Of a stretch of 64,000 nucleotides of DNA, positions 8,272 to 19,611 are shown one piece after another. This DNA comes from Spirochaetaceae bacterium (GTDB lineage: Bacteria; Spirochaetota; Spirochaetia; DSM-2461): the NCBI GenBank assembly GCA_965224705.1, contig OZ245056.1, forward strand, positions 2,656,001 through 2,720,000. Reading direction: 5' to 3'. The notes beneath the pieces are model-generated. The model was not told the origin of the DNA. It did no database searches and saw only the letters and a list, made by a program, of their open reading frames with translations. The position numbers and the translations under genes are program-made. The first letter of the stretch is position 1, and each line of letters opens with the position of its first letter.

Positions 8272-9328
8272 GAGCCTGTTGGACTTACGCCTCACGCCTC
8301 GAAGTCTTGAAGTCCGACAGACTTCCAGGATCCTGTTGGGAATCCTCACTGTTATGCTGAGTAATTGTTCCCTGTTTCTCGGGCCGGAAATCGGAACTGA
8401 TAATGCTTCTATATTCAACTACTTCTGGAGTACTTTTGACAGGCAATATGCTCTCTTTGATCTCAAGGGGTTGGATTGGAACAGTATAGGAGACCGTTAC
8501 CGTGATGATGCCGTCAATGCTGAATCAAGTGATGAACTTCTCAGTATTCTAACTGAGATGATTCGGCCAATGAATGATGCTCATGTATCGATATGGGGTT
8601 CCCAATCAGGTATACTGGCTGAAAGTTGGATTCAACCCATTGACTACAGTCATCATACTGATTCCGTCTTATCCTATCTTGATTCTGCCCGGGTTACCGG
8701 ATCTGGAATTGTCTTATATGGAATGGTGAAGGATTCCAATGTCGGCTACATGCATCTTTCATCCTTCTCCAAAGAACTCAATACGACACAAATTCTGGAA
8801 TCATGGGTTTTTGATGCAGACGCTGTCATTTCCGAATTCCTTGACACAGATGCCCTTATTATTGATTTAAGAGGAAATAATGGAGGATTTCGGACGAACG
8901 CATTATATATCGCCTCTCGTTTTGTAACGGAAAGAAGCCATTACATGACCACAAAAACACGAACGGGTTCTGGTTATTCGGAATTCAGTGCTGAAACAAA
9001 TCACTACATCGAACCCAGAGGTATAATTTATACAGAGGAAGTCTACATAATTACCGATATTCTGACCATCAGTGCCGGTGAGTGGTTTGTATTGATGCTG
9101 AATGATATGGAGCATGTACAGCATGTAGGGTGGAGAACAACAGGAGCATTGGGAATGGTTGTTTTTCATGAATTACCCAATGGCTGGGGATTTTCTACAA
9201 CGATCGGGTATACAACCGATGAGAATGGAGAAAACTATGAAGGTGTGGGAATTCCCCCCGATATTCCAATCACATATGATATCTCTGTCTCTGATCCCGT
9301 TATGGAATGGTTCAAGGTAAACCGGTGA
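8261..9328 (+). CDS. S41-family peptidase, predicted lipoprotein
   Basis: F..FW..FD..YALF N-domain, [21 protein letters not shown] (catalytic Ser), EGVGIPPD; lipobox-like LSNC. Confidence 0.85.
   Translation: MFSRSLLDLRLTPRSLEVRQTSRILLGILTVMLSNCSLFLGPEIGTDNASIFNYFWSTFDRQYALFDLKGLDWNSIGDRYRDDAVNAESSDELLSILTEMIRPMNDAHVSIWGSQSGILAESWIQPIDYSHHTDSVLSYLDSARVTGSGIVLYGMVKDSNVGYMHLSSFSKELNTTQILESWVFDADAVISEFLDTDALIIDLRGNNGGFRTNALYIASRFVTERSHYMTTKTRTGSGYSEFSAETNHYIEPRGIIYTEEVYIITDILTISAGEWFVLMLNDMEHVQHVGWRTTGALGMVVFHELPNGWGFSTTIGYTTDENGENYEGVGIPPDIPITYDISVSDPVMEWFKVNR
8272..8324. repeat. short (53-bp) form of palindromic MITE family B
   Basis: gagcctgttggactt...aagtccgacagactt, flanked by ctag/ccag. 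Confidence 0.85.
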
Positions 9329-10985
9329 CTGTTTTCTCAATCCGCAGAGTTTCAGTTGTTTTGTCGCATACTTCCGGAGGACCAAAGTACTGTATAGCTC
9401 CGGGAAATTTATAGGATCCTTCCAGAATCCATGAATTGCGCCTCTCCGCAAAGGTTTTAAAGGCGGCATTGTCCATTTCAACCAGAGCTTTTTTTATTAC
9501 CGGCTTGAATTCCCCATGGCGGAGTTCCATGTTCATCATCATCGTGAGGGGTATACCCCCAGGAATCCACTCTTCTGCGGGTTTATGAAGATCTCTGATA
9601 CTGGCGATGTAACCTGTAAGACCTGCATCTATAAGCAGAAATGCTGAATATCCAAGACTGTAGCAGTAATCCGAGTCAAAATTTGAAGGAAATGCACAGC
9701 GGCCTTCATAGCCGAAGAAATGGGCCAGTCCACTGAAATTGCCCCTGTATTTCCCTTTTTGTTTCAGGTGTTTCAAACGCTCGCCAACGATTTCCATGAG
9801 CAGTTTTTCAGTGTCAATACGGGAAACCTGCACGTTCCCATGAGGATCCCGGTCATCAAGAAGCTGTGTTTGAATTCCTCTGGGAAGTGATGAATAGACG
9901 TAGGATGAATCCTTTGACAGTTCATGATTGATCCATTCACACTGGTCATCAATGGTTTTCAGACTCTCAAAGTATCTGGATTCTTTTGTCAACAATTCGT
10001 TGATTTCCGTTATGAGTTTTCCCACTTCAGGAATAAATTCAATGAGCCCTTCGGGTATGAGAATCACACCAAAGTTCATATCCCTTTCAGCTCGTCTGAC
10101 AACAATGCAGACAATCTCGCCCACAACTTCATCCAGGGACATGGCTCTGGCTTTCACTTCTTCCGAGATGATACAGATATTGGGCTGGGTCTGGAGAGCA
10201 CATTCAAGTGCAATATGGCTGGCACTTCTTCCCATGAGTTTAATGAAATGCCAATACTTCCCGGCTGAACAGGCATCTTTTTCAATGTTGCCGATGAGTT
10301 CACTGAAAACTTTGGTGGCTGTATCAAAACCAAACGAGGTTTCAATGCATTGATTCTTCAAATCACCATCGATAGTTTTTGGACAGCCGACAACGGAGAT
10401 TCCGGCATTTCTCTTGAGAAACCATTCAGCCAGAATGGCACCATTGGTATTGGAATCATCACCGCCGATAATAACAACAGCTGTAATATCGTATTTCTGA
10501 CAGGTTTTAAGGCTTTTCTCAAACTGTTCTACAGTTTCCAGCTTTGTCCGCCCCGAGCCAATTATGTCAAACCCGCCAGTGTTGCGGTAGGAATCCATGA
10601 TTTCGGCAGTTATCTCCATTGTATCATCATCAATAATACCGCTGGGCCCGCCTCTGAAACCGTAAAGTACACTTCGTGGATCAGCCTCTTTAAGAGCATC
10701 GAATATTCCGGCAATAACATTGTGTCCTCCGGGGGCCTGTCCCCCGGAAAGGATAACTCCAATGTTAACAGGTTTTCTGGTAGAGCTCTGTGTTCCTCTG
10801 GTAAATGTGACTGCCGGGACACCATACGTTTTGGGGAATAGCATACGCAGCTGTTTCTGATCAGTCCCGGCTTCAGTTGGTTCGCCATAATCAACATTGA
10901 TGTATTCTGTTTTGCCCTGGAAGACGGAAGGGAGTTTGGGTTTGTATTCATAGCGGAATTTTTGCAGTGATGAGATATGTGACAT
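9312..10985 (-). CDS. pfp: pyrophosphate-dependent phosphofructokinase
   Basis: [35 protein letters not shown]. Confidence 0.95.
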   Translation of the reverse strand: MSHISSLQKFRYEYKPKLPSVFQGKTEYINVDYGEPTEAGTDQKQLRMLFPKTYGVPAVTFTRGTQSSTRKPVNIGVILSGGQAPGGHNVIAGIFDALKEADPRSVLYGFRGGPSGIIDDDTMEITAEIMDSYRNTGGFDIIGSGRTKLETVEQFEKSLKTCQKYDITAVVIIGGDDSNTNGAILAEWFLKRNAGISVVGCPKTIDGDLKNQCIETSFGFDTATKVFSELIGNIEKDACSAGKYWHFIKLMGRSASHIALECALQTQPNICIISEEVKARAMSLDEVVGEIVCIVVRRAERDMNFGVILIPEGLIEFIPEVGKLITEINELLTKESRYFESLKTIDDQCEWINHELSKDSSYVYSSLPRGIQTQLLDDRDPHGNVQVSRIDTEKLLMEIVGERLKHLKQKGKYRGNFSGLAHFFGYEGRCAFPSNFDSDYCYSLGYSAFLLIDAGLTGYIASIRDLHKPAEEWIPGGIPLTMMMNMELRHGEFKPVIKKALVEMDNAAFKTFAERRNSWILEGSYKFPGAIQYFGPPEVCDKTTETLRIEKTVTGLP

Positions 10986-11201
10986 GGGAACTCCTGGTAA
11001 TTCCGGGCATTATCATCCCTTGATATGATTCATATTGATCTGAAAACGAGGAGATTGGTCAAGGGAAAACAGTGTCAGAAATCCTTTTTGTTTCGATTTT
11101 TACATTGTTCCGGAATTTTTCTGCACTCATCCGATGAGATTCAAAAATCCCGGTACCGGCACTTCTGTGAGTACGGCAGATCTGTGCTGTCCAGAAAAAG
11201 A

Positions 11202-13028
11202 CTAATAGCTGATGCGTTCAAATTCCCTGGCAAGTATCCTGGCATTGATTATCTCAGGAAAGACATGGGGTTCTTCATTTTGACGGTAGAGGACATACAG
11301 AGGAACTCCTGCCCTGTTAAAACTGGCCAGCCAGCGGGTAAGAGTTTCATCGTAAGTGGTGAGATCTCCTGTGATATGGACTATATTCCTATCGGCCATC
11401 AGATTTTGAATCCGATTACTTCTTATAATTCGTTGATTGAGTTTGCATGTGGTACACCAGGAAGCGGTGAATTCCAGAAATATGGACTCACCGCCTTCTA
11501 TTCGCCTGAGTAGGTCAGTTTCATCAAAGTCAACAGTTCGGTCGCTGGCATCCTTCGGCATGGAAATACTTTCCCCTCCGATACTGGATGCTCGGGTTCT
11601 GCTTACGATGGCGTATCCAGAAGTCAATACGATGCATACCGCTATAATCTGACCTGCAATGCGGAAGCTGTTTCCAGCGGAAGGATTCCGTGCCTTGCCG
11701 AACAGCCAGGATGAAACTCCCAGAAGAAGCAGCCACCATAGAACAAGAGGAACAACTCCAGGAGCCAGTTTCATAAATGTTGTAAACAGGTAAACAGCAG
11801 TACCCAGAAGGATGAAACCTGTCACTTCCTTCACAGTATTCATCCAGTTTCCAGGTTTCGGGATTTTCTTTATGACACCCGGCCAGATTCCCAGGAGAAG
11901 GAAAGGTAATCCAAATCCCAGACCGGTGATTGAAAAGATTGTGACTATCACTGCAGGTGATTGGGAGAAGGTAAAACCCAATGCCGCACCCAGAAATGGA
12001 GCCGTGCATGGAGTCGCCACCAGAACAGCAAAGATTCCTGTCAGGAAACTGCCAGTATATCCCCCCCGTGCACTGGCCGCAGAAGCTCGTCTCATTCCTT
12101 TTTCTGGTGCCTCAATAACAAACACATCAAACATGCTCAGCGCAAAAACCCATATCACCGCTGTCAGAATCAAGACGAAAACAGGTGATTGGAACTGGAA
12201 TCCCCAGCCCATGAGTTTCCCGGAGGATTGAAGGAGAATAACAATGCCGGCCAGAACCCAGAATGATACTTCAATACCTGCTGCATAAAGCCAGGCATGG
12301 CCCAGTATCGCTCTGTCGTTTGAACCGGACATCCTGACGAGGCTCAATGTTTTAACGGAGAGGAGGGGAAGTACACAGGGCATGATGTTCAACAAAATTC
12401 CGCCAACAAAGGCCATAAGGGCGAACAACAGCAGGGAACTGATACTTTTTTTTACCGCTCCGGGGGATTCTGTCTCTACGAATTTGGATTGCTTTTCCTC
12501 ATTCCATAGCAGAATGGTACTGGTTTCTACATCAGGTTTCATGGCTGAAGCAGAAGCTGGATTAAATACTATTTCATGGTAGTCAGAGTCGGGCAGCAGG
12601 CAAATCCCGGCTTCATCGCAGAGTTGGAAATGAGCATGCAGGGCTAGAGTGATGGTCTCTTCATTCAGAGACGCACTGAATTCCAGCAGGACAGTCGTTT
12701 TATCATAGTAACTGAGAATTTCATCAGTACTAACCGGTTCTGCCTTGAGCACGGCTCCATAGTTTACATGCTCTGTCCTCTCTGGTTTTATGGTAAACAA
12801 ATCAGGTTCATCGTTCTGGTGATAGCCCTGGGGAAAAGTATAATGAACAGCAATATGACCAGAACCGGCAGCAGGATCCCAGGAGGCAATTTCAGCCAGG
12901 GTTTCAGCGGTCGGGACATCAATTCCGAAAAAATTCTCCTGGGCATCCAGATGTCCGGAGGAGAATTGGAATAGAATTAATAGGATACAGGAAGTCGCCA
13001 TGTATAATGTCGGGCGATTGAGGTTCAT
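11202..13028 (-). CDS. dsbD: DsbD/ScsB-family protein-disulfide reductase
   Basis: CDEAGIC N-domain, LNIMPCVLP and ATPCTAP TM motifs, thioredoxin WCTTC. Confidence 0.85.
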   Translation of the reverse strand: MNLNRPTLYMATSCILLILFQFSSGHLDAQENFFGIDVPTAETLAEIASWDPAAGSGHIAVHYTFPQGYHQNDEPDLFTIKPERTEHVNYGAVLKAEPVSTDEILSYYDKTTVLLEFSASLNEETITLALHAHFQLCDEAGICLLPDSDYHEIVFNPASASAMKPDVETSTILLWNEEKQSKFVETESPGAVKKSISSLLLFALMAFVGGILLNIMPCVLPLLSVKTLSLVRMSGSNDRAILGHAWLYAAGIEVSFWVLAGIVILLQSSGKLMGWGFQFQSPVFVLILTAVIWVFALSMFDVFVIEAPEKGMRRASAASARGGYTGSFLTGIFAVLVATPCTAPFLGAALGFTFSQSPAVIVTIFSITGLGFGLPFLLLGIWPGVIKKIPKPGNWMNTVKEVTGFILLGTAVYLFTTFMKLAPGVVPLVLWWLLLLGVSSWLFGKARNPSAGNSFRIAGQIIAVCIVLTSGYAIVSRTRASSIGGESISMPKDASDRTVDFDETDLLRRIEGGESIFLEFTASWCTTCKLNQRIIRSNRIQNLMADRNIVHITGDLTTYDETLTRWLASFNRAGVPLYVLYRQNEEPHVFPEIINARILAREFERISY

Positions 13029-13214
13029 GCATTCATGATACTCATACTTTCCTCAATCCATCTACCCTGATTACATAACTGTATGCTGATAGCGGACAGG
13101 GCGGATGAATCGATTGAGCGTTGTTCTGATTGATGGACACCTCATCACAGATTTGAATCTGGAGTTCAAACCGGAACGATCCTGTCGAGCTTCAGCGAAA
13201 AACGATCCGTCATC

Positions 13215-13243
13215 TTGTCAGAGCTTTCCTCATTTCATATACT
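13215..13243 (+). promoter_or_regulatory. sigma70 promoter upstream of tRNA-Val
   Basis: TTGTCA-17nt-TATACT, 7 nt before the tRNA. Confidence 0.7.
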
Positions 13244-13250
13244 CCATGCA

Positions 13251-13324
13251 GGGTGGATAGCTCAGTTGGCTAGAGCGTCGGCTTTACACGCCGGATGTCC
13301 TGGGTTCGAGTCCCAGTCCGCCCA
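13251..13324 (+). tRNA. tRNA-Val(TAC)
   Basis: Cloverleaf with AGCTCAGTTGG D arm, TCGGC-TTTACAC-GCCGG anticodon arm, GGTTCGAGTCC T arm; CCA not encoded. Confidence 0.95.
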
Positions 13325-13372
13325 TTGAAATGACCCATGCAGACAGGTCGTTCAGTGATTTGTAGTAAAACG

Positions 13373-14452
13373 ATGAATAAGAAAACGATTGCTTTTACGG
13401 GAGGAGGAAGTGCAGGCCATGTTTATCCAGCATTTCCAATTATTGATCGATTAACTGGAAACGGTTATGAGGTTTTCTGGATTGGGTCGACTGAATTGGA
13501 ACGTCATCTGGTAGAACAGGCCGGGATTCCCTTTGTCAGTATATCAGCCGGAAAGCTGCGAAGGTACTGGTCCTTGAAAAACATTGCTGATCTGTTCCAT
13601 ACTTTTTGGGGACTGCTGCAGTCCATCCGAATCCTCAAAGTCAGACAACCTGACTTACTTTTCTCCAAAGGAGGTTTTGTCTCCGTCCCCCCGGTGACAG
13701 CCGCTCGAATACTTGGAATTCCATCATTTACTCATGAATCCGATGTCAATCCAGGCCTGGCAACGCGGCTGAATATCCAGATGAGGGCACTTCCCCTTGT
13801 GACATATAGGAAAACTGTTGACTATATGAAGAAGTCCCTGCGTTCCATCACCACCGTAGTTGGAAATCCGGTTCGGGACGTCATCTTTGAGGGGAATAGA
13901 GTTACCGGACGTGAGATTGCTGGTCTCTTACCAGAAGATACTCGTCCTCTGCTTCTGGTTCTTGGCGGGTCGCAGGGGGCCGAAGAAATCAATGATCTAA
14001 TCTACAGTATTGTGGACGACCTCCTTCCATTTCTTGCCATTGTCCACCAGACTGGCACCAAAAACCCCGTGATAGCAAATCGGCCGGGTTATTTCAGCAA
14101 GAGTTTCTTCAATGACGATGAAATCCCACATCTGCTGGCAGCAGCTGACCTGGCTCTATCCCGTTCCGGGGCGGGAGCTGTATGGGAACTGGCCGCCAGT
14201 TCAACACCAACTGTATTCCTGCCGTTGAGAACAGGAACCCGCGGTGATCAGGTTCTCAATGCATCCATGGCAGAGAAGGCTGGTTTCTCATGCACTCTTG
14301 CGAAAGATGTTAAACCCGAAGCACTGGCGGCACTGCTAAGGGATCTTCTGTCAGACGATGCAAAAATGAAAAGCATGAAGGAAGCGGCAGAAAAGATACC
14401 TGCCAGAGATGCCGCTGACAGTATAGTTGCTGAAATCGAGAAATTCTTATAA
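13373..14452 (+). CDS. murG: undecaprenyl-PP-MurNAc-pentapeptide GlcNAc transferase
   Basis: TGGGSAGHVYP, KGGFVS, HESD, GNPVR, GGSQGA. Confidence 0.95.
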   Translation: MNKKTIAFTGGGSAGHVYPAFPIIDRLTGNGYEVFWIGSTELERHLVEQAGIPFVSISAGKLRRYWSLKNIADLFHTFWGLLQSIRILKVRQPDLLFSKGGFVSVPPVTAARILGIPSFTHESDVNPGLATRLNIQMRALPLVTYRKTVDYMKKSLRSITTVVGNPVRDVIFEGNRVTGREIAGLLPEDTRPLLLVLGGSQGAEEINDLIYSIVDDLLPFLAIVHQTGTKNPVIANRPGYFSKSFFNDDEIPHLLAAADLALSRSGAGAVWELAASSTPTVFLPLRTGTRGDQVLNASMAEKAGFSCTLAKDVKPEALAALLRDLLSDDAKMKSMKEAAEKIPARDAADSIVAEIEKFL

Positions 14453-14500
14453 TGAATGATTCGCATACCTCCAGCATAATTCTGCTGATTGGGGCAGGCC

Positions 14501-15664
14501 ATGTATGAAAACCTTCTCCATCAGGATGACATTTCAAACCGCCTTCAGCATGATTTAAGAGAGGGTTCTGCCCCTCCTGCCATGTTGTTCTCCGGCCCTG
14601 CGCTGACAGGGAAACTGACAGCCGCCCTGGAAACAGCTCGAATCCTATCGTGTAGAAATGCCGGAAACTGGAATTGTACCTGCAGCATGTGTGTTCAGCA
14701 TCGATCATTGGCTCATTCCCACACAGTACTTGCAGGATCGAGAAACTTTGCCCCGGATATTGCCGCATCAGTCGATCTTCTTCGAAGGGATAACACTGGT
14801 ATCCCGCGATTCATACTGGTAAGATCAGTCCGAAAACTTCTCCGTCATTTTGATCCCATTCTATGGGAGGGTGAAGATAAAAAGATCTCCAGGGTTTATC
14901 CAATGCTGGAACAGCTTTCAGAAATCATGGACTCCCTGATCTCCGGCGCGGAACTCCTCTCAGGGAATAGAATAGAGAAAACCTTGAAATCAATAGTGGA
15001 TTCTTGTACTGCCGTTCAGAAATTTCTTCCAGGGGCACTGCCTGTTTCCCATGTGAGAAACATCACACACTGGGCGGCTCTTTCAGCAGGAAATGATCAT
15101 AAGACCGTCATCATTGACTCGGCTGACCGTATGATGCCATCGGCCAGGAATGCCCTGCTGAAATTCCTTGAAGAACCGCCAACCAGCACAACGGTCATCC
15201 TTATAGCAGAAAGAAAGGCTCTGCTGCTGCCAACCATAGTATCCAGAGTCAGAGATTATGCCTTCCATGCTAGGAAACCTGAAGAAGAAATGCAGATCAT
15301 AAAAAGAGTGTTCCGTGAGGATGGAGGGGATTACACAGGTCTGGCAGATTTTTTTCAAAACAAGCTGACAGGTCAATCTGGAGAAACGGACAAACTCGCC
15401 CGGAGTTTTCTTGAAGGTGTAGGGAAAGGGATTTTTCCAGCAGAATTGAATCAGGTAAAGGATTCTATTCAACTCAAGTCATTGCTTGAGGCTGTGAGCA
15501 GCGCAATGGAGTCGCACTGGAAGGACGATGAGGCATCCTCACCATTAATTCAATACAGAAAAATGAAGTATTTGAATGAAGCTGAATTTCGAGCTGTCAA
15601 CCTGAATCTTCCCATAAGTCTTGTATTGAATCACCTTTATCTGTCCCTGAGGGATCTCAGGTGA
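14501..15664 (+). CDS. DNA polymerase III delta-prime-like clamp-loader subunit
   Basis: FSGP..GK, Cys cluster CTCSMC, NALLKFLEEPP, LLPTIVSR. Confidence 0.75.
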   Translation: MYENLLHQDDISNRLQHDLREGSAPPAMLFSGPALTGKLTAALETARILSCRNAGNWNCTCSMCVQHRSLAHSHTVLAGSRNFAPDIAASVDLLRRDNTGIPRFILVRSVRKLLRHFDPILWEGEDKKISRVYPMLEQLSEIMDSLISGAELLSGNRIEKTLKSIVDSCTAVQKFLPGALPVSHVRNITHWAALSAGNDHKTVIIDSADRMMPSARNALLKFLEEPPTSTTVILIAERKALLLPTIVSRVRDYAFHARKPEEEMQIIKRVFREDGGDYTGLADFFQNKLTGQSGETDKLARSFLEGVGKGIFPAELNQVKDSIQLKSLLEAVSSAMESHWKDDEASSPLIQYRKMKYLNEAEFRAVNLNLPISLVLNHLYLSLRDLR

Positions 15665-16821
15665 GAAGGATTTTTAAACGTGTTCTTAAGAGTCTTAACA
15701 AACTCAATCCTGAAAGATTGCGTGTTCTGGTACGGGATCTTGTTGTATATAATGAGCACCTGGAAATGGTGCTGTCTTCCATCCCCGGAGGAGTTGTCGT
15801 CATAGGTCAGAATAATAGAATCTGGATGCTCAATAATCCTGCCCGGCGCCTTTTACCCCTTCTTTACTCCGACCCTGTTGGAAAAAAAGCCTGGGAAGTT
15901 CTTGCATTGCAGGAACTCGCCAACTACGTGAAAACAGCATTGGAAGAGGATAGAGGAGCATCAATGAGGGATTTTTCTGTCCGTTCCAAGGGAGGGAGTA
16001 TAACGCTGAGCTGCGGTGTTCTTACCCTGGTCGACCGGGGGAAAATCAAAGGAAGTATGCTGTACGTTGAGGATGTTACAGAAGTAAGAGCCGAGGAAGC
16101 AAGGCTTAAAAGGGCGGAAGGCTTGGCTTCTCTTACAACAATGGCCGCAGGTGTTGCCCATGAAACTAAAAATCCACTGGCATCAATGGGGATTCATATC
16201 CAGCTTATTCGCCGAAAAATCGAAACAGGCAATGTCCGGCCTGATGAGTTTTATGATACTCTGGAAATCCTTGAAGAAGAAGTTGAGCGATTGAATAACA
16301 TTGTTTCAGATTACCTTTTTACCGTCCGTCCCATTACTCCCAATCCTCGACTTGCCGATATAAATGCAATTATAACCGATCTTCTTCAATTCCTTCGATT
16401 TGAAGTCGAAAAAAATGAGGTTCATGTAATTCTGCTTCTGGACGATACAATCCCGGCCATTCCCCTGGATGAAAGTGCCATGAAACGAGTCTTGCTGAAT
16501 CTCGTAAAAAATGCCCTGGCCGCTATGCCGGATGGAGGCGAGATTCGATTTGAAACTCGTCTTGAAAACGAAAACATCTGCATTACTATTGCTGATACCG
16601 GTCATGGCATTCCTGCAAGTATTCAGGGAAAAGTATTCGAGCCATATTTCACGACTCGAGATACAGGATCCGGACTGGGTCTTTCCGTTGTCTACAAGGT
16701 AATCAAGGAGCATGGAGGTGATCTCCAGATGGATTCTGTCAAAGGAAGGGGAACAAAATTTCATATAACGATCCCTGTACCGCAGAGTGAAAGAAAGCTA
16801 TTGATTGGAGGTTCAACATGA
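15661..16821 (+). CDS. PAS sensor histidine kinase (Hk2-like)
   Basis: AHETKNPL H-box, NLVKNA, DTGHGI, FEPYFTT, GSGLGL. Confidence 0.9.
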   Translation: MRRIFKRVLKSLNKLNPERLRVLVRDLVVYNEHLEMVLSSIPGGVVVIGQNNRIWMLNNPARRLLPLLYSDPVGKKAWEVLALQELANYVKTALEEDRGASMRDFSVRSKGGSITLSCGVLTLVDRGKIKGSMLYVEDVTEVRAEEARLKRAEGLASLTTMAAGVAHETKNPLASMGIHIQLIRRKIETGNVRPDEFYDTLEILEEEVERLNNIVSDYLFTVRPITPNPRLADINAIITDLLQFLRFEVEKNEVHVILLLDDTIPAIPLDESAMKRVLLNLVKNALAAMPDGGEIRFETRLENENICITIADTGHGIPASIQGKVFEPYFTTRDTGSGLGLSVVYKVIKEHGGDLQMDSVKGRGTKFHITIPVPQSERKLLIGGST

Positions 16822-18209
16822 ATTTTCGCATCCTCATCGTCGATGACGAGAAAAACATAAGAAATGGTCTGGCAAAAGCCATGGAAATGGACGGTTACGA
16901 GGTTCTTCAGGCCGAAGATGGCCAGACTGGATTGAAGACTGTACTGAAAACCGACATTGATCTGGTCATTACCGACCTTCGAATGCCCGGATTATCGGGC
17001 GAAGAACTCTTGAAGAAGGTAACGGCTTCCTACCCAAATATTCCCGTAATCATCCTTACGGGACATGGTACTGTTGATAATGCCGTTCAGGCAATGCGGG
17101 ACGGTGCCTATGATTTTATAACCAAGCCAGTCAATCTGGAGCGCTTGAGTCTGCTCATAAAGCGAGCATTGAGCCGCAGGGAACTGGCTTTGAAGCACAG
17201 GGAACTTCAGGCCGAAGTGAGCAGGCTTGAACGTCGCAGGCAGGGCCGGGAGATGCTTGGGAAAAGCTCTGCCATGGTGCAGATTTTTCAATTGATCAAT
17301 CAGGTGGCCCCCACCAAAGCCGGTGTTTTGATTTCTGGCGAAAGCGGTACTGGAAAGGAACTGGTCGCCAATGCCATTCATGCCCAATCTCCAAGAAGTA
17401 ATGCCCCTTTAATCAAGGTTCACTGTGCCGCCCTGACAGAATCGCTCCTTGAATCAGAACTATTTGGCCACGAAAAAGGTGCCTTCACTGGTGCAGCAGG
17501 ACAGCGTAAGGGACGATTTGAACTGGCTGACAGGGGAACTATTTTCCTGGATGAAATCGGTGAAATCAATCAATCGGTTCAGATCAAAATTCTCAGGGTT
17601 CTCCAGGAAAAGGCATTTGAAAGGGTGGGGGGAGAAGAAACCGTGACAGTTGACGTCCGGATTATCGCAGCTACAAACCGGGACCTTAAAACGGAAGTGG
17701 CCATGGGACGCTTTCGAAAAGATTTGTATTACAGATTGAACGTTGTTAACATCAATATGCCGCCACTGAGGGAACGGGCGGAGGATATCCCCTTACTCGC
17801 CGCTCAATACCTTAAGTCCAGTGCGGTGGAACATGCAAAGAAAATAGAAGGATGGAAACCAAAAGCCATTGCCATGCTTCGGAGTTACTCCTGGCCTGGC
17901 AATGTCAGAGAGCTCCGAAATGTTATTGAAAGTGCGGTCATTCTCTGTAAGGGGGAATATATTGATGTAGAGGATTTGCCGCCCCAGCTCAGTGATGGCA
18001 GGAATGAGAACAATGTCGTTGTTCCTCTCGGGATTTCCATGGCTGAAGTGGAAAAAATTGTGATTCGGGCAAATCTCAATTCCCTTGGCGGGAATAAAAG
18101 CCGAACATCTGAAATCCTTGGAATAGGGCGAAAAACACTCCATAGAAAGATTCACGACTATGGAATGGAAGCCGAATTCCTGAGTAACAATAATGATGTT
18201 TCTACTTGA
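16818..18209 (+). CDS. sigma54-dependent response regulator (NtrC/Rrp2-like)
   Basis: Receiver domain, [23 protein letters not shown], Fis-type HTH. Confidence 0.95.
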   Translation: MNFRILIVDDEKNIRNGLAKAMEMDGYEVLQAEDGQTGLKTVLKTDIDLVITDLRMPGLSGEELLKKVTASYPNIPVIILTGHGTVDNAVQAMRDGAYDFITKPVNLERLSLLIKRALSRRELALKHRELQAEVSRLERRRQGREMLGKSSAMVQIFQLINQVAPTKAGVLISGESGTGKELVANAIHAQSPRSNAPLIKVHCAALTESLLESELFGHEKGAFTGAAGQRKGRFELADRGTIFLDEIGEINQSVQIKILRVLQEKAFERVGGEETVTVDVRIIAATNRDLKTEVAMGRFRKDLYYRLNVVNINMPPLRERAEDIPLLAAQYLKSSAVEHAKKIEGWKPKAIAMLRSYSWPGNVRELRNVIESAVILCKGEYIDVEDLPPQLSDGRNENNVVVPLGISMAEVEKIVIRANLNSLGGNKSRTSEILGIGRKTLHRKIHDYGMEAEFLSNNNDVST

Positions 18210-18241
18210 CAGTACAGTCAAACTCAAGCAGTATTCAATCT

Positions 18242-18553
18242 ATGAGCAGTGGAGTTGATTCAGCACCTCTTGCCGAGCTATCCCGTGTACTGGCTCTGGA
18301 AAAGGATCCAGAAATGATCAGGGAGTTTCTATTGAGTTTGCTCACTGGAGCAGAGGCGGCAGAAATATCTTCACGCTGGACACTGGTTCGTTTGATGAAG
18401 CAGGGCATGAGCCAGCGGATGATATCCCGGGAACTGGGGCTGAGCCTCTGCAAAATAACCCGTGGATCAAAAGAGCTCAAAAAGGATAATTCACCCTTTG
18501 ATTACATGATAGATATTCTCCAGAAGTCCCTGAACAATCATGAAAAAAACTGA
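18242..18553 (+). CDS. Trp-repressor-family (TrpR/YerC-like) DNA-binding protein
   Basis: LLT..E...ISSRW...SQRMISRELGLSLCKITRGSKELK. Confidence 0.85.
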   Translation: MSSGVDSAPLAELSRVLALEKDPEMIREFLLSLLTGAEAAEISSRWTLVRLMKQGMSQRMISRELGLSLCKITRGSKELKKDNSPFDYMIDILQKSLNNHEKN

Positions 18554-18561
18554 TGCCGGAA

Positions 18562-19560
18562 CTATTGCCGTTTGACAAAACTGGTCAACTTTTCAACCTT
18601 GGTCTCAACCAGACCCCGGGCCTCAGCCGATGAAATAAATTTCTTGAACTGACTGAATCCCAACGCTTTTGTATTGATGTTCTTATCCCTTAATCTGGAA
18701 CTGACCACACCATATCGATGGAAATCCGGCTCTGCTCCTTCATCCATTTCCTGAAGAGTTTCAGCCAGAGTTTTAAGAGCTATCTGCAAAGATCCGGTTT
18801 CCTGCTTGAACTGACGTCCAGGGATTATTTCTGAACGCTGATCATCTGATTCCATACTGACATACCCTGCCCGGGAAGCCTCGGCAATGAAATCCCCCCA
18901 GCGTTTGTAGCCAAGAGCTTTTTCATCAAATCCCTGATTCAGTTTTTTCATTGTTATTTTGACATTACCGGCATCGGTTCCTTTTTTTTCTTTGCGCAGT
19001 ATGGATGCTGTTTCCGCAAGGCGTTCAAACCAGTATTCCCGGGAATACGTAGGGAGACTGTCCTTTTTGCCGGGGTCTTCATCTCCACTGTCATCATCCC
19101 CCAGGGGATACATATCCCTGAAGTCTGTAAAACTGTCGGCAAGCCTCAATAAATCGTTGCTGGCATTTTTGATATCGCAGACAATGTGAGTCACCTTGCC
19201 TGCCTTTCGAAGGTTCATCACCAGAGGCCGGAAGTCACTGTCACCCGTTAACAACACATAAATATCGATGTGATCCTGAAACCTCAGAAGATCCAGGCAG
19301 TCATTGGTAAGGTGCATATCGGCACTGTTCTTGTCTCTTCTTCTTCCTCTATAAGGGACGTGTACCATGTTGAAATGAAGGGCCGCCAGGACGGGACCCA
19401 GTGATTTATACCCCATTTGACTCCAGTCAGCATAGGCATGGGAGCTGACGACCCGGCCAAGCCCCTCAGAATAATCCCAGAGTCCCTGGACAAATAGATT
19501 CTTGGAGCTCGATGGCTTGACATTTTCAACATCCCAGAAGATTGCTACATTATGATTCAT
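18562..19560 (-). CDS. NYN-domain protein with C-terminal OST-HTH/LOTUS domains
   Basis: AIFWDVEN, KNSADM, LLTGDSDF; two LGY/LGF..F..F-type repeats. Confidence 0.85.
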   Translation of the reverse strand: MNHNVAIFWDVENVKPSSSKNLFVQGLWDYSEGLGRVVSSHAYADWSQMGYKSLGPVLAALHFNMVHVPYRGRRRDKNSADMHLTNDCLDLLRFQDHIDIYVLLTGDSDFRPLVMNLRKAGKVTHIVCDIKNASNDLLRLADSFTDFRDMYPLGDDDSGDEDPGKKDSLPTYSREYWFERLAETASILRKEKKGTDAGNVKITMKKLNQGFDEKALGYKRWGDFIAEASRAGYVSMESDDQRSEIIPGRQFKQETGSLQIALKTLAETLQEMDEGAEPDFHRYGVVSSRLRDKNINTKALGFSQFKKFISSAEARGLVETKVEKLTSFVKRQ

Positions 19561-19611
19561 ACTGTATTTTAACCTGTATAATTCCAACTGTTGAGTGAGG
19601 AAAACAGTTTT

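Noticed and set aside
13251..13324. tRNA-Val genes as island integration sites (also 58740-58813)
   Set aside because: No integrase and no duplicated tRNA 3' end seen; flanks are housekeeping genes.
13373..18209. murG-holB-like-kinase-sigma54 regulator linkage as a new system
   Set aside because: Resembles the known spirochaete Hk2/Rrp2 neighbourhood.
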